From the NCBI GenBank assembly GCA_964627275.1, contig CAZVHT010000022.1, forward strand, positions 1 through 14,313: 14,313 nt of DNA. The letters are read 5' to 3'. The notes under the pieces are model-generated. The model was given only the letters and a program-made list of their open reading frames with translations. It was not told where the DNA came from and searched no databases. The position numbers were made by a program, and so were the translations under genes. Origin of the DNA: an uncultured Candidatus Saccharibacteria bacterium. Its GTDB lineage: Bacteria > Patescibacteriota > Minisyncoccia > Phycocordibacterales > UBA6065. Below are positions 1 through 7,395 of this stretch, piece by piece (position 1 is the stretch's first letter; the number at the start of each line of letters is the position of its first letter).

Positions 1-179
<179 letters not shown>

Positions 180-209
180 GCCGTATAATAGAGCATACCC
201 ATTAAAAGC

Positions 210-232
210 TTGACTTTTGTGTATGTTATAGT
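210..232 (+). promoter_or_regulatory. Putative promoter of the 333..794 cassette (extended -10)
   Basis: TTGACT at 210-215. TGtTATAGT at 224-232 fits an extended -10 (TGnTATAAT-like). The spacer to the -35-like hexamer is only 11 nt, so the extended -10 is the likely functional element. Confidence 0.4.
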
Positions 233-332
233 GTACAACACAGGAGTAATAGTAAGTTCTTTGAGAATAGTAGTTTTGGTTGGCAGAAACAAGGATGTAT
301 TTCGGTAAATCGGCACACGCCGCTTCTGGAAA

Positions 333-794
333 ATGTCCTTTTACTGTCAACCTACAAAAATCATGAGTGTAAACGCACTAGACCTGCAGGATGAAGAACG
401 TGGTCAGCAATCGATGCGTGAAGTGACGCAACTGAAAGCCAAGCCGGCTCCAAAGCTCACTGCCAGACATTATGCCTATGAAGGCGATGTCGACAGCGAT
501 CCCGGAATCATTATCTTCGCTCTCAAACCAATGCAGGGTGAAACCTACCGCTTCCTTAACGGGGACGGTAAGATCACTCATACCATTCCTGTTGAAGGAA
601 AGGATCGTTGGGAACGTCGCAGGAACATCTCCAGTGTCATTCAAGCCGAAGCCGCGAAACACGGTCTCGGTGCATCTGCCGTCCAGTTAGATTTCGACGG
701 CATTTATATGAATCGCTGGGATTTATACTGGATTGTGAAACCCCGTGTGGTTCGCAAAACCACGTTCCGTTCGCGCTTCGACCGAACATGGTAA
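333..794 (+). CDS. Hypothetical protein (153 aa; 143 aa if it starts at ATG 363), no family recognised
   Basis: Long ORF with GC-richer codon usage than the neighbouring AT-rich spacers. It is bracketed by its own promoter-like element and a strong terminator. The start is ambiguous (ATG 333 or ATG 363). No Shine-Dalgarno sequence. Confidence 0.6.
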   Translation: MSFYCQPTKIMSVNALDLQDEERGQQSMREVTQLKAKPAPKLTARHYAYEGDVDSDPGIIIFALKPMQGETYRFLNGDGKITHTIPVEGKDRWERRRNISSVIQAEAAKHGLGASAVQLDFDGIYMNRWDLYWIVKPRVVRKTTFRSRFDRTW

Positions 795-844
795 CCTACT
801 CCGGTAAACGATGAATGATCGGTTCAAACATTCATCACTCACCC

Positions 845-879
845 CCCCGCACAGTTTCAACTGAGCGGGGTTTTTGTTT
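845..879 (+). terminator. Rho-independent terminator of the 333..794 cassette
   Basis: CCCCGCaCAGT (845-855) pairs with ACTGaGCGGGG (860-870) around loop TTCA. TTTTTGTTT follows. Confidence 0.8.
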
Positions 880-946
880 GCCTGTTTATCCATAATCTTT
901 ATAAAAAATTTATAATTTCTTTATCTCCATCTGCTAGGATCTTTTT

Positions 947-1333
947 ATGCAAAAAGATTTTGATAGATGGAACGAACTTCAGAAAAAGATACATTCGAAA
1001 GAGTCTTGTGTTTATTGCAATACCAGGGAGATTTGGTGGGCTTCCCTTGGTTTAAATATTGGATCGGAAGAGGACGGTAAGCATGAACTTTTTGAAAGAC
1101 CGGTTCTTATTATTAAAGTTTTTCATAGAAATGCGATACGGATTTTGCCGCTTACGAACAAAATAAAAAACGATCGTTATCATGTCTCAATTTCATACAA
1201 TGAAAGTAGTAGTTCGGTTATTCTTTCCCAACTCAAGACAATAAGTACCAAGAGACTTTCCAGGAAAGTTGGTAGACTCGAGGAGAGACAATTCAACAAT
1301 GTCATAAACGCACTAAAATCGGAATTAGTATAA
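947..1333 (+). CDS. PemK/MazF-family toxin-like protein (solitary)
   Basis: 128 aa. The pattern REIWWASLGLNIGSEEDGK...RPVLIIKVF...LPLT...LSQLKTISTKRL matches, from memory, the PemK/MazF-like fold family. No antitoxin-sized ORF is adjacent. Confidence 0.6.
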   Translation: MQKDFDRWNELQKKIHSKESCVYCNTREIWWASLGLNIGSEEDGKHELFERPVLIIKVFHRNAIRILPLTNKIKNDRYHVSISYNESSSSVILSQLKTISTKRLSRKVGRLEERQFNNVINALKSELV

Positions 1334-1340
1334 AACGAAA

Positions 1341-1356
1341 TCCCCCTCGCGGGGGA
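1341..1356. terminator. GC hairpin downstream of the PemK-like gene (terminator-like, weak)
   Basis: TCCCCC tcgc GGGGGA forms a hairpin. There is no U-tract on the + strand, and the T-rich run lies on the minus-strand side (TTTCGTTTTA). Confidence 0.3.
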
Positions 1357-1472
1357 AATCTCGGAGCCCGAAGGCCTTGTAACTACAAGTATATATCAAT
1401 GTTCAAAGCTGTCAATCTTTTAATCTCGCGAAATAAAGCCTTATTTGCTATAGTACAAACACGATAAAAAAT

Positions 1473-1766
1473 ATGATTTCTCGCGCAGAAATTGAAAAAT
1501 TGGCGAATCTTTCCAGACTGAAACTTTCCGAAGAAGAAATTGTGCGTTTTCAGGGTGAAATGGACGCTATTTTGGCGTATGTGGACAAACTGAAAACGGC
1601 TACTGTCAATAAAAACGGCAGAGAAGCTGAACCTGTTATGTCTGTCAATAAAAACGTCATGAGAGAGGACGTCAATCCGCATGAGTCTGGTGCTTATACA
1701 GATAAGCTAGTAAAGGCGGCGCCGAGACATGATGGTTCTTATATAAAAGTGAAGAAAATCTTGTGA
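1473..1766 (+). CDS. gatC: Asp/Glu-tRNA(Asn/Gln) amidotransferase subunit C
   Basis: 97 aa. The N-terminus MISRAEIEKLANLSRLKLSEEEI...MDAILAYVDKL is typical of GatC. There is a 4-nt GTGA overlap with gatA. Confidence 0.9.
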   Translation: MISRAEIEKLANLSRLKLSEEEIVRFQGEMDAILAYVDKLKTATVNKNGREAEPVMSVNKNVMREDVNPHESGAYTDKLVKAAPRHDGSYIKVKKIL

Positions 1767-3193
1767 AAACCATTGATCTAAAAAATCTCAATATAAAATC
1801 GGCCCACCAGGCTCTGATGCGTGGCGATTATACTGTTCGCGAACTTTGCGAGGCTTATTTGTCGGAAATTAAAAAGAGAGATGGTGATATTCACGCCTAT
1901 CTCGAAATTTATGACGATGTCTTGAAACAGGCCGATCTAGCACAAAAGAAAGTGGCCAGAGAGAATGTTTTGGCGGGTATTCCCATGGCAATCAAAGACA
2001 ATATTTTGATAGAAGACAGGCGCGCCGGTGCAGCTTCAAAAATTCTAGAAGGCTATATTGCTCCATATGATGCGACAGCGATTAGAAAACTAAAAGAGGC
2101 CGGGGTGGTATTCATCGGTCGGACAAATATGGATGAATTTGCTATGGGTAGCTCGACGGAAAATTCAGCTTATGGAGTGACCAAAAATCCGCATGACGCT
2201 AGTCGGGTTGCCGGCGGATCGAGTGGCGGATCGGCGGCGGCTGTCGGTGGTAACTTGGCGCTCGCTGCTCTGGGTTCCGATACGGGTGGTTCTGTTCGCC
2301 AACCGGCGAGCTACTGCGGTGTCGTCGGATTGAAACCCACTTACGGTTCAGTTTCCCGCCACGGTCTCATGGCCATGGGGTCTTCTCTAGATGTCATAGG
2401 CCCTCTCACAAAAACCGTGACGGACGCGGAAATACTTTTTAATTGTATGAAAGGTAAGGATCGCTACGACAGCACTTCGATTGATATAGAAATAAAAAAC
2501 AACAAGTCAAACAGCTCTCCGCGAATTTTAGGCGTGCCGAGACATTTTCTCCGAGGCGAAGGTTTGGATCAGGCTGTCACAAAGTCTTTTGAAGAATCCA
2601 TAGAAAAACTCAAAAAATTAGGATATCAAATTCGCGATATAGAATTACCGAACATAGAATATTCTCTGGCTGTCTATTATGTGCTCATGCCAGCCGAGGT
2701 TTCAGCCAATCTCTCTCGCTTTGACGGCGTAAAGTACGGATTTCACAGAGATGGCAAAGACTTGCTTGACGATTATCTGCTCACACGTGGTGAAGGATTT
2801 GGCAGAGAGGCCCGCAGACGTATCATGCTCGGCACCTATGTACTTTCTGCCGGTTATTATGACGCTTATTACGACAAAGCCTCTGCCGTGCGTGAGCTTT
2901 TGAAATCCGATTTCGCCGAAGCTTTCAAAATCGTAGACGCCATTCTCACCCCGATGGCGCCTACCGTGGCCTTCAAAATCGGCGAAAAAATCGCCAATCC
3001 GATTTCTATGTACTTGGAAGACATATTTACCGTTACGGCGAACCTAGTCGGCGCGCCGGCCATGTCGGTTCCTGCCGGAAACAAGAATATCGGCGACAAA
3101 AAATTGCCCATAGGTCTCCAAATTATCGCTCCGCACGGCCGTGAAGATATCCTCTTTGCTCTCGGAAAAAAATTCTTAAACGAGGTAGAATAG
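1763..3193 (+). CDS. gatA: Glutamyl-tRNA(Gln) amidotransferase subunit A
   Basis: 476 aa with the amidase signature GGSSGGSAAAV and the motifs KDNI and GTDTGGSVRQPA-like. GTG start overlaps the gatC stop. Confidence 0.95.
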   Translation: MKTIDLKNLNIKSAHQALMRGDYTVRELCEAYLSEIKKRDGDIHAYLEIYDDVLKQADLAQKKVARENVLAGIPMAIKDNILIEDRRAGAASKILEGYIAPYDATAIRKLKEAGVVFIGRTNMDEFAMGSSTENSAYGVTKNPHDASRVAGGSSGGSAAAVGGNLALAALGSDTGGSVRQPASYCGVVGLKPTYGSVSRHGLMAMGSSLDVIGPLTKTVTDAEILFNCMKGKDRYDSTSIDIEIKNNKSNSSPRILGVPRHFLRGEGLDQAVTKSFEESIEKLKKLGYQIRDIELPNIEYSLAVYYVLMPAEVSANLSRFDGVKYGFHRDGKDLLDDYLLTRGEGFGREARRRIMLGTYVLSAGYYDAYYDKASAVRELLKSDFAEAFKIVDAILTPMAPTVAFKIGEKIANPISMYLEDIFTVTANLVGAPAMSVPAGNKNIGDKKLPIGLQIIAPHGREDILFALGKKFLNEVE

Positions 3194-3212
3194 CATGTAG
3201 TAATAAAAAGAC

Positions 3213-3800
3213 ATGGATAGCATAAATTTTCTCAACCTCGAGTACATTTACCTGCGGATTTTTGACGCCTTCAAAAATTTCGACATCATAGCCATTCTCA
3301 ACACTTTTATACATTGGGTAAATACCATAAAGCCGTATACGGTCGCTCTCACTATTTTTCTCTTGTATATATTTTTTTATTCGACTATCAGGCTCTGGCA
3401 GGTTGAACTCGCAGAAGAGAAAAAATTTCATTCCAGAATTGCTCTAAAGCAGGCCGAAAACCTTTCCGCTGATCAAGACACGGAACTCAATGACAAATGG
3501 ATCAAGGTCCAAGCTCATATAAACTCCGATAATCCGGCAGAATGGCGACTGGCTGTCTTGGAGGCAGACATCATGCTCGGCGATATTTTGGAGAAGATGG
3601 GCTATCAGGGCGATTCCATAGGGGATAAATTAAAAAGCGTGGATAAAAGCGATTTTTTGACTCTGGATTCGGCGTGGGACGCTCATAAAGTCAGAAACCA
3701 AATTGCTCATGAAGGTACAGATTTCCAGTTGAACGAAAGGGAAGCGAAACGTGTAATAGAGCTGTATAAAAAGGTTTTCGGGGAATTCTATCACCTATAA
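3213..3800 (+). CDS. Membrane-anchored hypothetical protein with a C-terminal helical domain
   Basis: 195 aa with a hydrophobic N-terminal segment (VALTIFLLYIFFYSTI). The C-terminal WDAHKVRNQIAHEG contains an Rx4H spacing like HEPN/DUF4145-type domains. That assignment is inference only. Confidence 0.65.
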   Translation: MDSINFLNLEYIYLRIFDAFKNFDIIAILNTFIHWVNTIKPYTVALTIFLLYIFFYSTIRLWQVELAEEKKFHSRIALKQAENLSADQDTELNDKWIKVQAHINSDNPAEWRLAVLEADIMLGDILEKMGYQGDSIGDKLKSVDKSDFLTLDSAWDAHKVRNQIAHEGTDFQLNEREAKRVIELYKKVFGEFYHL

Positions 3801-3829
3801 ATTTGCTTACACAGGCTGTTTACAATAGC

Positions 3830-3858
3830 TTGCGAGCGCGATTTACATGTTGTATACT
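3830..3858 (+). promoter_or_regulatory. Putative promoter of tRNA-Met
   Basis: TTGCGA (3830-3835), a 17-nt spacer, then TATACT (3853-3858), about 17 nt upstream of the tRNA 5' end. Confidence 0.5.
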
Positions 3859-3874
3859 GTGGCAGTGACATCAT

Positions 3875-3948
3875 AGCGGGGTAGAGCAGCCTGGTAGCTC
3901 GTCAGGCTCATAACCTGAAGGCCGTGGGTTCAAATCCCACCCCCGCAA
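3875..3948 (+). tRNA. tRNA-Met (CAU), initiator-like
   Basis: Manual cloverleaf fold: acceptor AGCGGGG/CCCCGCA with a mismatched 1:72 pair, D arm GAGC/GCTC, anticodon loop CTCATAA, T arm GTGGG-TTCAAAT-CCCAC. The overall sequence closely resembles bacterial tRNA-fMet. CCA is not encoded. Confidence 0.9.
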
Positions 3949-4150
3949 CAAGTACGGACGGGTCAGTCAGAAATGTCTCATTTAGCCTGAATATAGGCGA
4001 CAGAACAGCGGTTCCAAAAGTTCCGGCTGTTTTGTTGTATGTGATACCACTCGGTAGCACCAGTTTTTGAAGCTTCTGTTTTTGTATCGGGTCCATGAAT
4101 CTCCATTGATTGGCGACGGAAAACTGGTATCTGAATAGTTCTGATACAAT
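3949..4150 (-). pseudogene. Possible C-terminal remnant of a site-specific recombinase abutting the tRNA-Met 3' end
   Basis: Minus-strand ORF 3908..4180 reads ...KQKLQKLVLPSGITYNKTAGTFGTAVLSPIFRL... From memory this resembles the K-x-x-L-x-x-L-V-F-P-x-G-I-x-Y...T-x-x-L/N-x-I-F segment near the C-terminus of some serine recombinases. No catalytic N-terminal part is present, and the ORF runs into the tRNA. Confidence 0.3.
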
Positions 4151-4157
4151 TGTATGA

Positions 4158-4670
4158 ATGAAAAAGCTATTCTTCCTCATTGGATCATCAGGCTCTGGAA
4201 AAACTACTGCGGCTAAAACAATCGAAGGAATGAATCTTTCGGATCTTGTTGTTCGCTATTCCGATAGCATTAAGGTTCCCTCAACGGAAGAAATGATTGA
4301 GAAACACGGTAGTCAAGAAGAATGGCAAAGGCAAAATACGATCATGTGGGTCAAGAAAATAAAAGAGAGTCATTTAGATAAGGAAGACGTTCTTTTTGAT
4401 ATCCAATCACGCCCAGCTTTTATAGATGAAGCTTGTACTAAAAATGCTATATCTACTTATGAGGTAATCTTATTTGATTGCTCCGATGATGAGAGAAAGC
4501 ACAGACTCATAAATGAAAGAAAACAGCCTGAACTCGCGAATAACCAAATGATGGACTGGGCACGATATTTGAGGGAACGATGTATTGGAAAGAATCATAC
4601 GATTCTTGATAACACCAACTACACGCCAGAAGAGAGTCTTAAGAAACTCATGGAGATAATGGAAAGATAA
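4158..4670 (+). CDS. P-loop NTPase / small kinase-like protein
   Basis: 170 aa with Walker A GSSGSGKTT at the N-terminus. Size and layout resemble nucleotide or small-molecule kinases. Confidence 0.7.
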   Translation: MKKLFFLIGSSGSGKTTAAKTIEGMNLSDLVVRYSDSIKVPSTEEMIEKHGSQEEWQRQNTIMWVKKIKESHLDKEDVLFDIQSRPAFIDEACTKNAISTYEVILFDCSDDERKHRLINERKQPELANNQMMDWARYLRERCIGKNHTILDNTNYTPEESLKKLMEIMER

Positions 4671-4675
4671 ACTTT

Positions 4676-5413
4676 ATGGCATCGCCAGAAATAAATTTTA
4701 AAGACTTACCGATAGGCCCATACACAGAAGATCTGTTGCAAAAACAATGGACTGGGGTCACTAACATCAAAGGTGTTAAAGAAGGACGTTGTGAGATAGT
4801 TGAGACCCACGGAGAAAAAGCCTTGCAAGTCACTTTTGTTAAAGGAAAGCTCGGTCCAACAGACGGCGGTGCTTCTTGGCGATACAGATTTGAGAAATCT
4901 TTTGAGGAGTTCACAGTCGGATACAAGGTGATGATGGCTAAAGATTTTAAACATGTAAGAGGAGGCAAACTACCCGGTCTCTGCGGTGGATCAAATCCAC
5001 GAGGAGGCACTCAAAATATCAGTGCAGATAATGGATTTTCTGCACGAATAATGTGGCGTGAACTTGGTGCATTAGAACAATATGTCTACTACGCCAATCA
5101 AGATCCGAAAAAGAAGCATGGGACCGATCTCTATTGGAAAGAAAAAGATAAACCCGTTTCTATCATTCCTGGTATTTGGTACACAATCAAGACGTATATA
5201 AAAATGAACACCGTCGGCCAGAAAAATGGAAAGATAATCTCTTGGCTCGACGGCAAAGAAGTCCTCAATGTAGATATTGATTTAAGGAATGACCCTTCAC
5301 TTGGCATTGATTCTTTTCAATTCGTCACATATTTCGGTGGAAACGACGAAACATGGTATCCAGAAAAGAACGAGAAAATATACTTCAAAGATTTCAGCTT
5401 CATTTCTTCGTAA
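4676..5413 (+). CDS. Polysaccharide lyase family 14-like protein
   Basis: 245 aa. Motifs GGKLPGLCGG, GFSARIMWR, W..DG and F.TYFGG..ETW.P match, from memory, the PL14 (alginate-lyase-like) domain. No obvious signal peptide. Confidence 0.6.
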   Translation: MASPEINFKDLPIGPYTEDLLQKQWTGVTNIKGVKEGRCEIVETHGEKALQVTFVKGKLGPTDGGASWRYRFEKSFEEFTVGYKVMMAKDFKHVRGGKLPGLCGGSNPRGGTQNISADNGFSARIMWRELGALEQYVYYANQDPKKKHGTDLYWKEKDKPVSIIPGIWYTIKTYIKMNTVGQKNGKIISWLDGKEVLNVDIDLRNDPSLGIDSFQFVTYFGGNDETWYPEKNEKIYFKDFSFISS

Positions 5414-5416
5414 TTT

Positions 5417-5950
5417 ATGGATATAGAAATCACAGAAGCAACCGTAAATGACGTAACTGGAATATCAGAAGTCCAAAAAGAGACGTGGCTTTCCACTTTT
5501 CCAAATGAGAAATACAACATCACACGCGAAGACATTTTGTCCGAAGATTTTTTCAGTAAAAACAGAATTGAAAAACGTAAGGAAATAATAAGCGATTCAA
5601 AATCCAATACTAAATTCTGGGTAGCGAAAAGCGACGCCAAAGTTATTGGGTATTGTTGTGCTCGGAAACTTGATGATCATAATAAAATCAGGTCAATTTA
5701 TATTCTCCCTGCTTTTCAGGGCAAAGGAATTGGCCAAAAACTCATGAGCAAGATGTTTGAATGGCTTAATCCTACAAAACCCACAAAATTAACTGTGGCG
5801 GTCTACAGCGACAAAGCAATCGCTTTCTATGAGAAGCTCGGATTCGTCAAAGGACAAAGACTCGCTAAAAATCCTGAAGGACCATTTATTACGGGCAAGG
5901 AAGTGCCTGAGATGGAGATGATAAAAGAACCTATAAAGAGGCCAAATTGA
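5417..5950 (+). CDS. GNAT family N-acetyltransferase
   Basis: 177 aa with acetyl-CoA-binding motif A, IYILPAFQGKGIGQKLM, and a FYEKLGF tail. Confidence 0.85.
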   Translation: MDIEITEATVNDVTGISEVQKETWLSTFPNEKYNITREDILSEDFFSKNRIEKRKEIISDSKSNTKFWVAKSDAKVIGYCCARKLDDHNKIRSIYILPAFQGKGIGQKLMSKMFEWLNPTKPTKLTVAVYSDKAIAFYEKLGFVKGQRLAKNPEGPFITGKEVPEMEMIKEPIKRPN

Positions 5951-5976
5951 GCCTTATTTTGAGAGCGCGGATATCC

Positions 5977-6005
5977 TTGACTTTTGTATGTTTTGGGTGT
6001 ATAAT
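5977..6005 (+). promoter_or_regulatory. Near-consensus sigma70-type promoter of the GC-rich operon
   Basis: TTGACT (5977-5982), a 17-nt spacer, then TATAAT (6000-6005). Confidence 0.65.
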
Positions 6006-6112
6006 AGTGTGTAGGATCTAAATACAGATAAAGCAAGGCAACACGCCAAGCAGTATTTGGAGAAGCTTCCCTACTGGGGAGTGTGGTTCAAAGGCCACAT
6101 AGTTCATCACAA

Positions 6113-6367
6113 ATGAAAAACGTTAGCATCGAAAACAGCCCAGTCGCTCAGAAACTCGCTGCAGCTACGCTTACCCGGGCCATCCGCAGCAAGTTCAACC
6201 TCTATCCCCACGAGCAGGCCAAGGGGATCCTCGATATGTGCAGGAAAGATGGCATCGATCCCGTGGAAGCCACGGAGTATCTCACCACCCAACTGCCGTC
6301 GATGATCACGGAGTTCCTTGTGGAAGTCCGTAAGCTCGTGGAAAAGGGTCGGACGGTCAAAGCTTGA
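6113..6367 (+). CDS. Hypothetical small protein, ORF a (84 aa from ATG 6113; ORF track gives GTG 6083)
   Basis: First ORF downstream of the consensus promoter, with GC-rich codon usage. Its stop (6365-6367) lies 5 nt before the next ATG. No family recognised. Confidence 0.55.
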   Translation: MKNVSIENSPVAQKLAAATLTRAIRSKFNLYPHEQAKGILDMCRKDGIDPVEATEYLTTQLPSMITEFLVEVRKLVEKGRTVKA

Positions 6368-6372
6368 GCACC

Positions 6373-6711
6373 ATGAAGACAATCATATCGAATCAGGTGC
6401 CTATGATCGATACCAAGTCAGGTCATTACTATGTCGAACTGGCAGATCATTGCCGAGTCGCGTTCGTAACGGATCTCGCTGGACGACACTGGGTCGAAAT
6501 CACACACATCAACCGGCCGGAGGGTAACCTTCGCCTCACCGTCAAGAGAAACTTCAAGGTGGCCATCTCTGAAGACTTCCTTTTGGAAGAATTCAACGAT
6601 CATGGTGGTAGTTGTTGGGGCATGAACAAGTGTGGTTTCCCCAAGGATATCCTCGGAGACATGGAGGGTTCTCATCTGAAAAGGGTTCATGTGACCCTCG
6701 AGCAGATCTGA
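6373..6711 (+). CDS. Hypothetical protein, ORF b (112 aa from ATG 6373; ORF track gives TTG 6364)
   Basis: Tightly coupled to ORF a with the same codon style. No family recognised. Confidence 0.55.
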   Translation: MKTIISNQVPMIDTKSGHYYVELADHCRVAFVTDLAGRHWVEITHINRPEGNLRLTVKRNFKVAISEDFLLEEFNDHGGSCWGMNKCGFPKDILGDMEGSHLKRVHVTLEQI

Positions 6712-6772
6712 CGTTTGACAACGAGTTGAAGGACTCACTAAAACTTTCAACCTAGGCCCCGATCGGTCTAGG

Positions 6773-6825
6773 TTCTGTCCGAAGATGTGTATCTTCGCTG
6801 ATGAGTCCTAAAGGACGAAACAGAA
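6773..6825 (+). ncRNA. Type III hammerhead self-cleaving ribozyme
   Basis: Stem III is TTCTGT (6773-6778) paired with ACAGAA (6820-6825). The cleavage triplet is GUC, with C17 at 6779. Stem I is CGAAGAT/ATCTTCG (6780-6786/6791-6797) with loop GTGT. The core CTGATGA is at 6798-6804. Stem II is GTCC/GGAC with loop TAAA (6805-6816). GAAA is at 6817-6820. All conserved core positions are canonical. Confidence 0.85.
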
Positions 6826-6920
6826 AGTTCTTTGAATAGTTGAGTTTGGAAGGAAAGAAGCGATTGACTTGCTGGCATAAAGCCATGCGAATCGTAGATT
6901 TCCTCACTAAACTCAACATC

Positions 6921-7340
6921 ATGAAAAAACAATTAATAAAAAAGAAAGTCAGCAAGAAAAAACCGTCTTTCGTGTTCATCGTCGATTCGTACGAGGATGG
7001 CACGCTCCGCCGTGGGCTCGAAGATATGGGGCTCAACCACGAAAACGACTACCACATCACAGGTGCTGGTGGTGCGGACTGGATCATGGCGAATTACGAA
7101 GGACGCCGTATCGCGGACACCCTGAATCTGCTCGTCGTCATGAGCACTTTTCACGGATCGGTCGCACCAGCGGTCGAGCTCTGCAAACAGGTGAAAGCGG
7201 TTAACTCCAAGGCGCGGTTTATCTTCCGGAGCCAGACCTCCAGCCCGTCCGATCCGTTATTCGAAGCCTGTATGGACAAGAGCTTCGAAGACAATAAAAA
7301 ACTCCTCGCGATCATCAAGAAGTTTTTTGGAAAGAAATAG
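6921..7340 (+). CDS. Hypothetical protein, ORF c, with a receiver (CheY-like)/flavodoxin-like pattern that lacks the phospho-acceptor Asp
   Basis: 139 aa from ATG 6921 (in-frame alternatives are ATG 6885 and TTG 6840). It has a Lys-rich N-terminus, then an alternating beta-alpha pattern: FVFIVDS, LNLLVVMS, ARFIFRS, then a Lys in MDKSF. The fold call is inference from this pattern only. Confidence 0.5.
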   Translation: MKKQLIKKKVSKKKPSFVFIVDSYEDGTLRRGLEDMGLNHENDYHITGAGGADWIMANYEGRRIADTLNLLVVMSTFHGSVAPAVELCKQVKAVNSKARFIFRSQTSSPSDPLFEACMDKSFEDNKKLLAIIKKFFGKK

Positions 7341-7395
7341 TGGTATACCCACTCGGTGAAGTAACCGTAGCGCAAGCTAGAAACTTTCAAAAACA

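Noticed and set aside
300-880. GC-richer cassettes (300-880 and 6040-7340) as contamination or chimeric assembly from an enterobacterium-like genome.
   Set aside because: They use the same promoter style as host genes (TTGACTTTTG also occurs upstream of prfB at 11425-11434) and lack Shine-Dalgarno sites. They are cleanly bounded by intergenic host sequence. Core genes such as gatA and prfB reach similar GC locally. Read-mapping across the junctions would be needed for certainty.
4186-4192. Second CUGAUGA hammerhead core on the minus strand, the complement of TCATCAG at 4186-4192.
   Set aside because: It lies inside the Walker A coding region of the P-loop gene. The downstream sequence gives UCC-AAUGA-GGA then AGAA rather than a stem II followed by GAAA, and no stem I or stem III can be drawn.
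6773-6825. Possibility that the hammerhead is an engineered insulator. CUGUC...CUGAUGAGUCC...GGACGAAACAG is the same core and stem II as the sTRSV ribozyme used in RiboJ-type parts.
   Set aside because: Stem I and loop II differ. The characteristic 3' hairpin of RiboJ-type parts is absent, and no vector-like sequence surrounds it. The flanks lack Shine-Dalgarno sites, like the host genes. A synthetic or chimeric origin cannot be fully excluded without read-level data.
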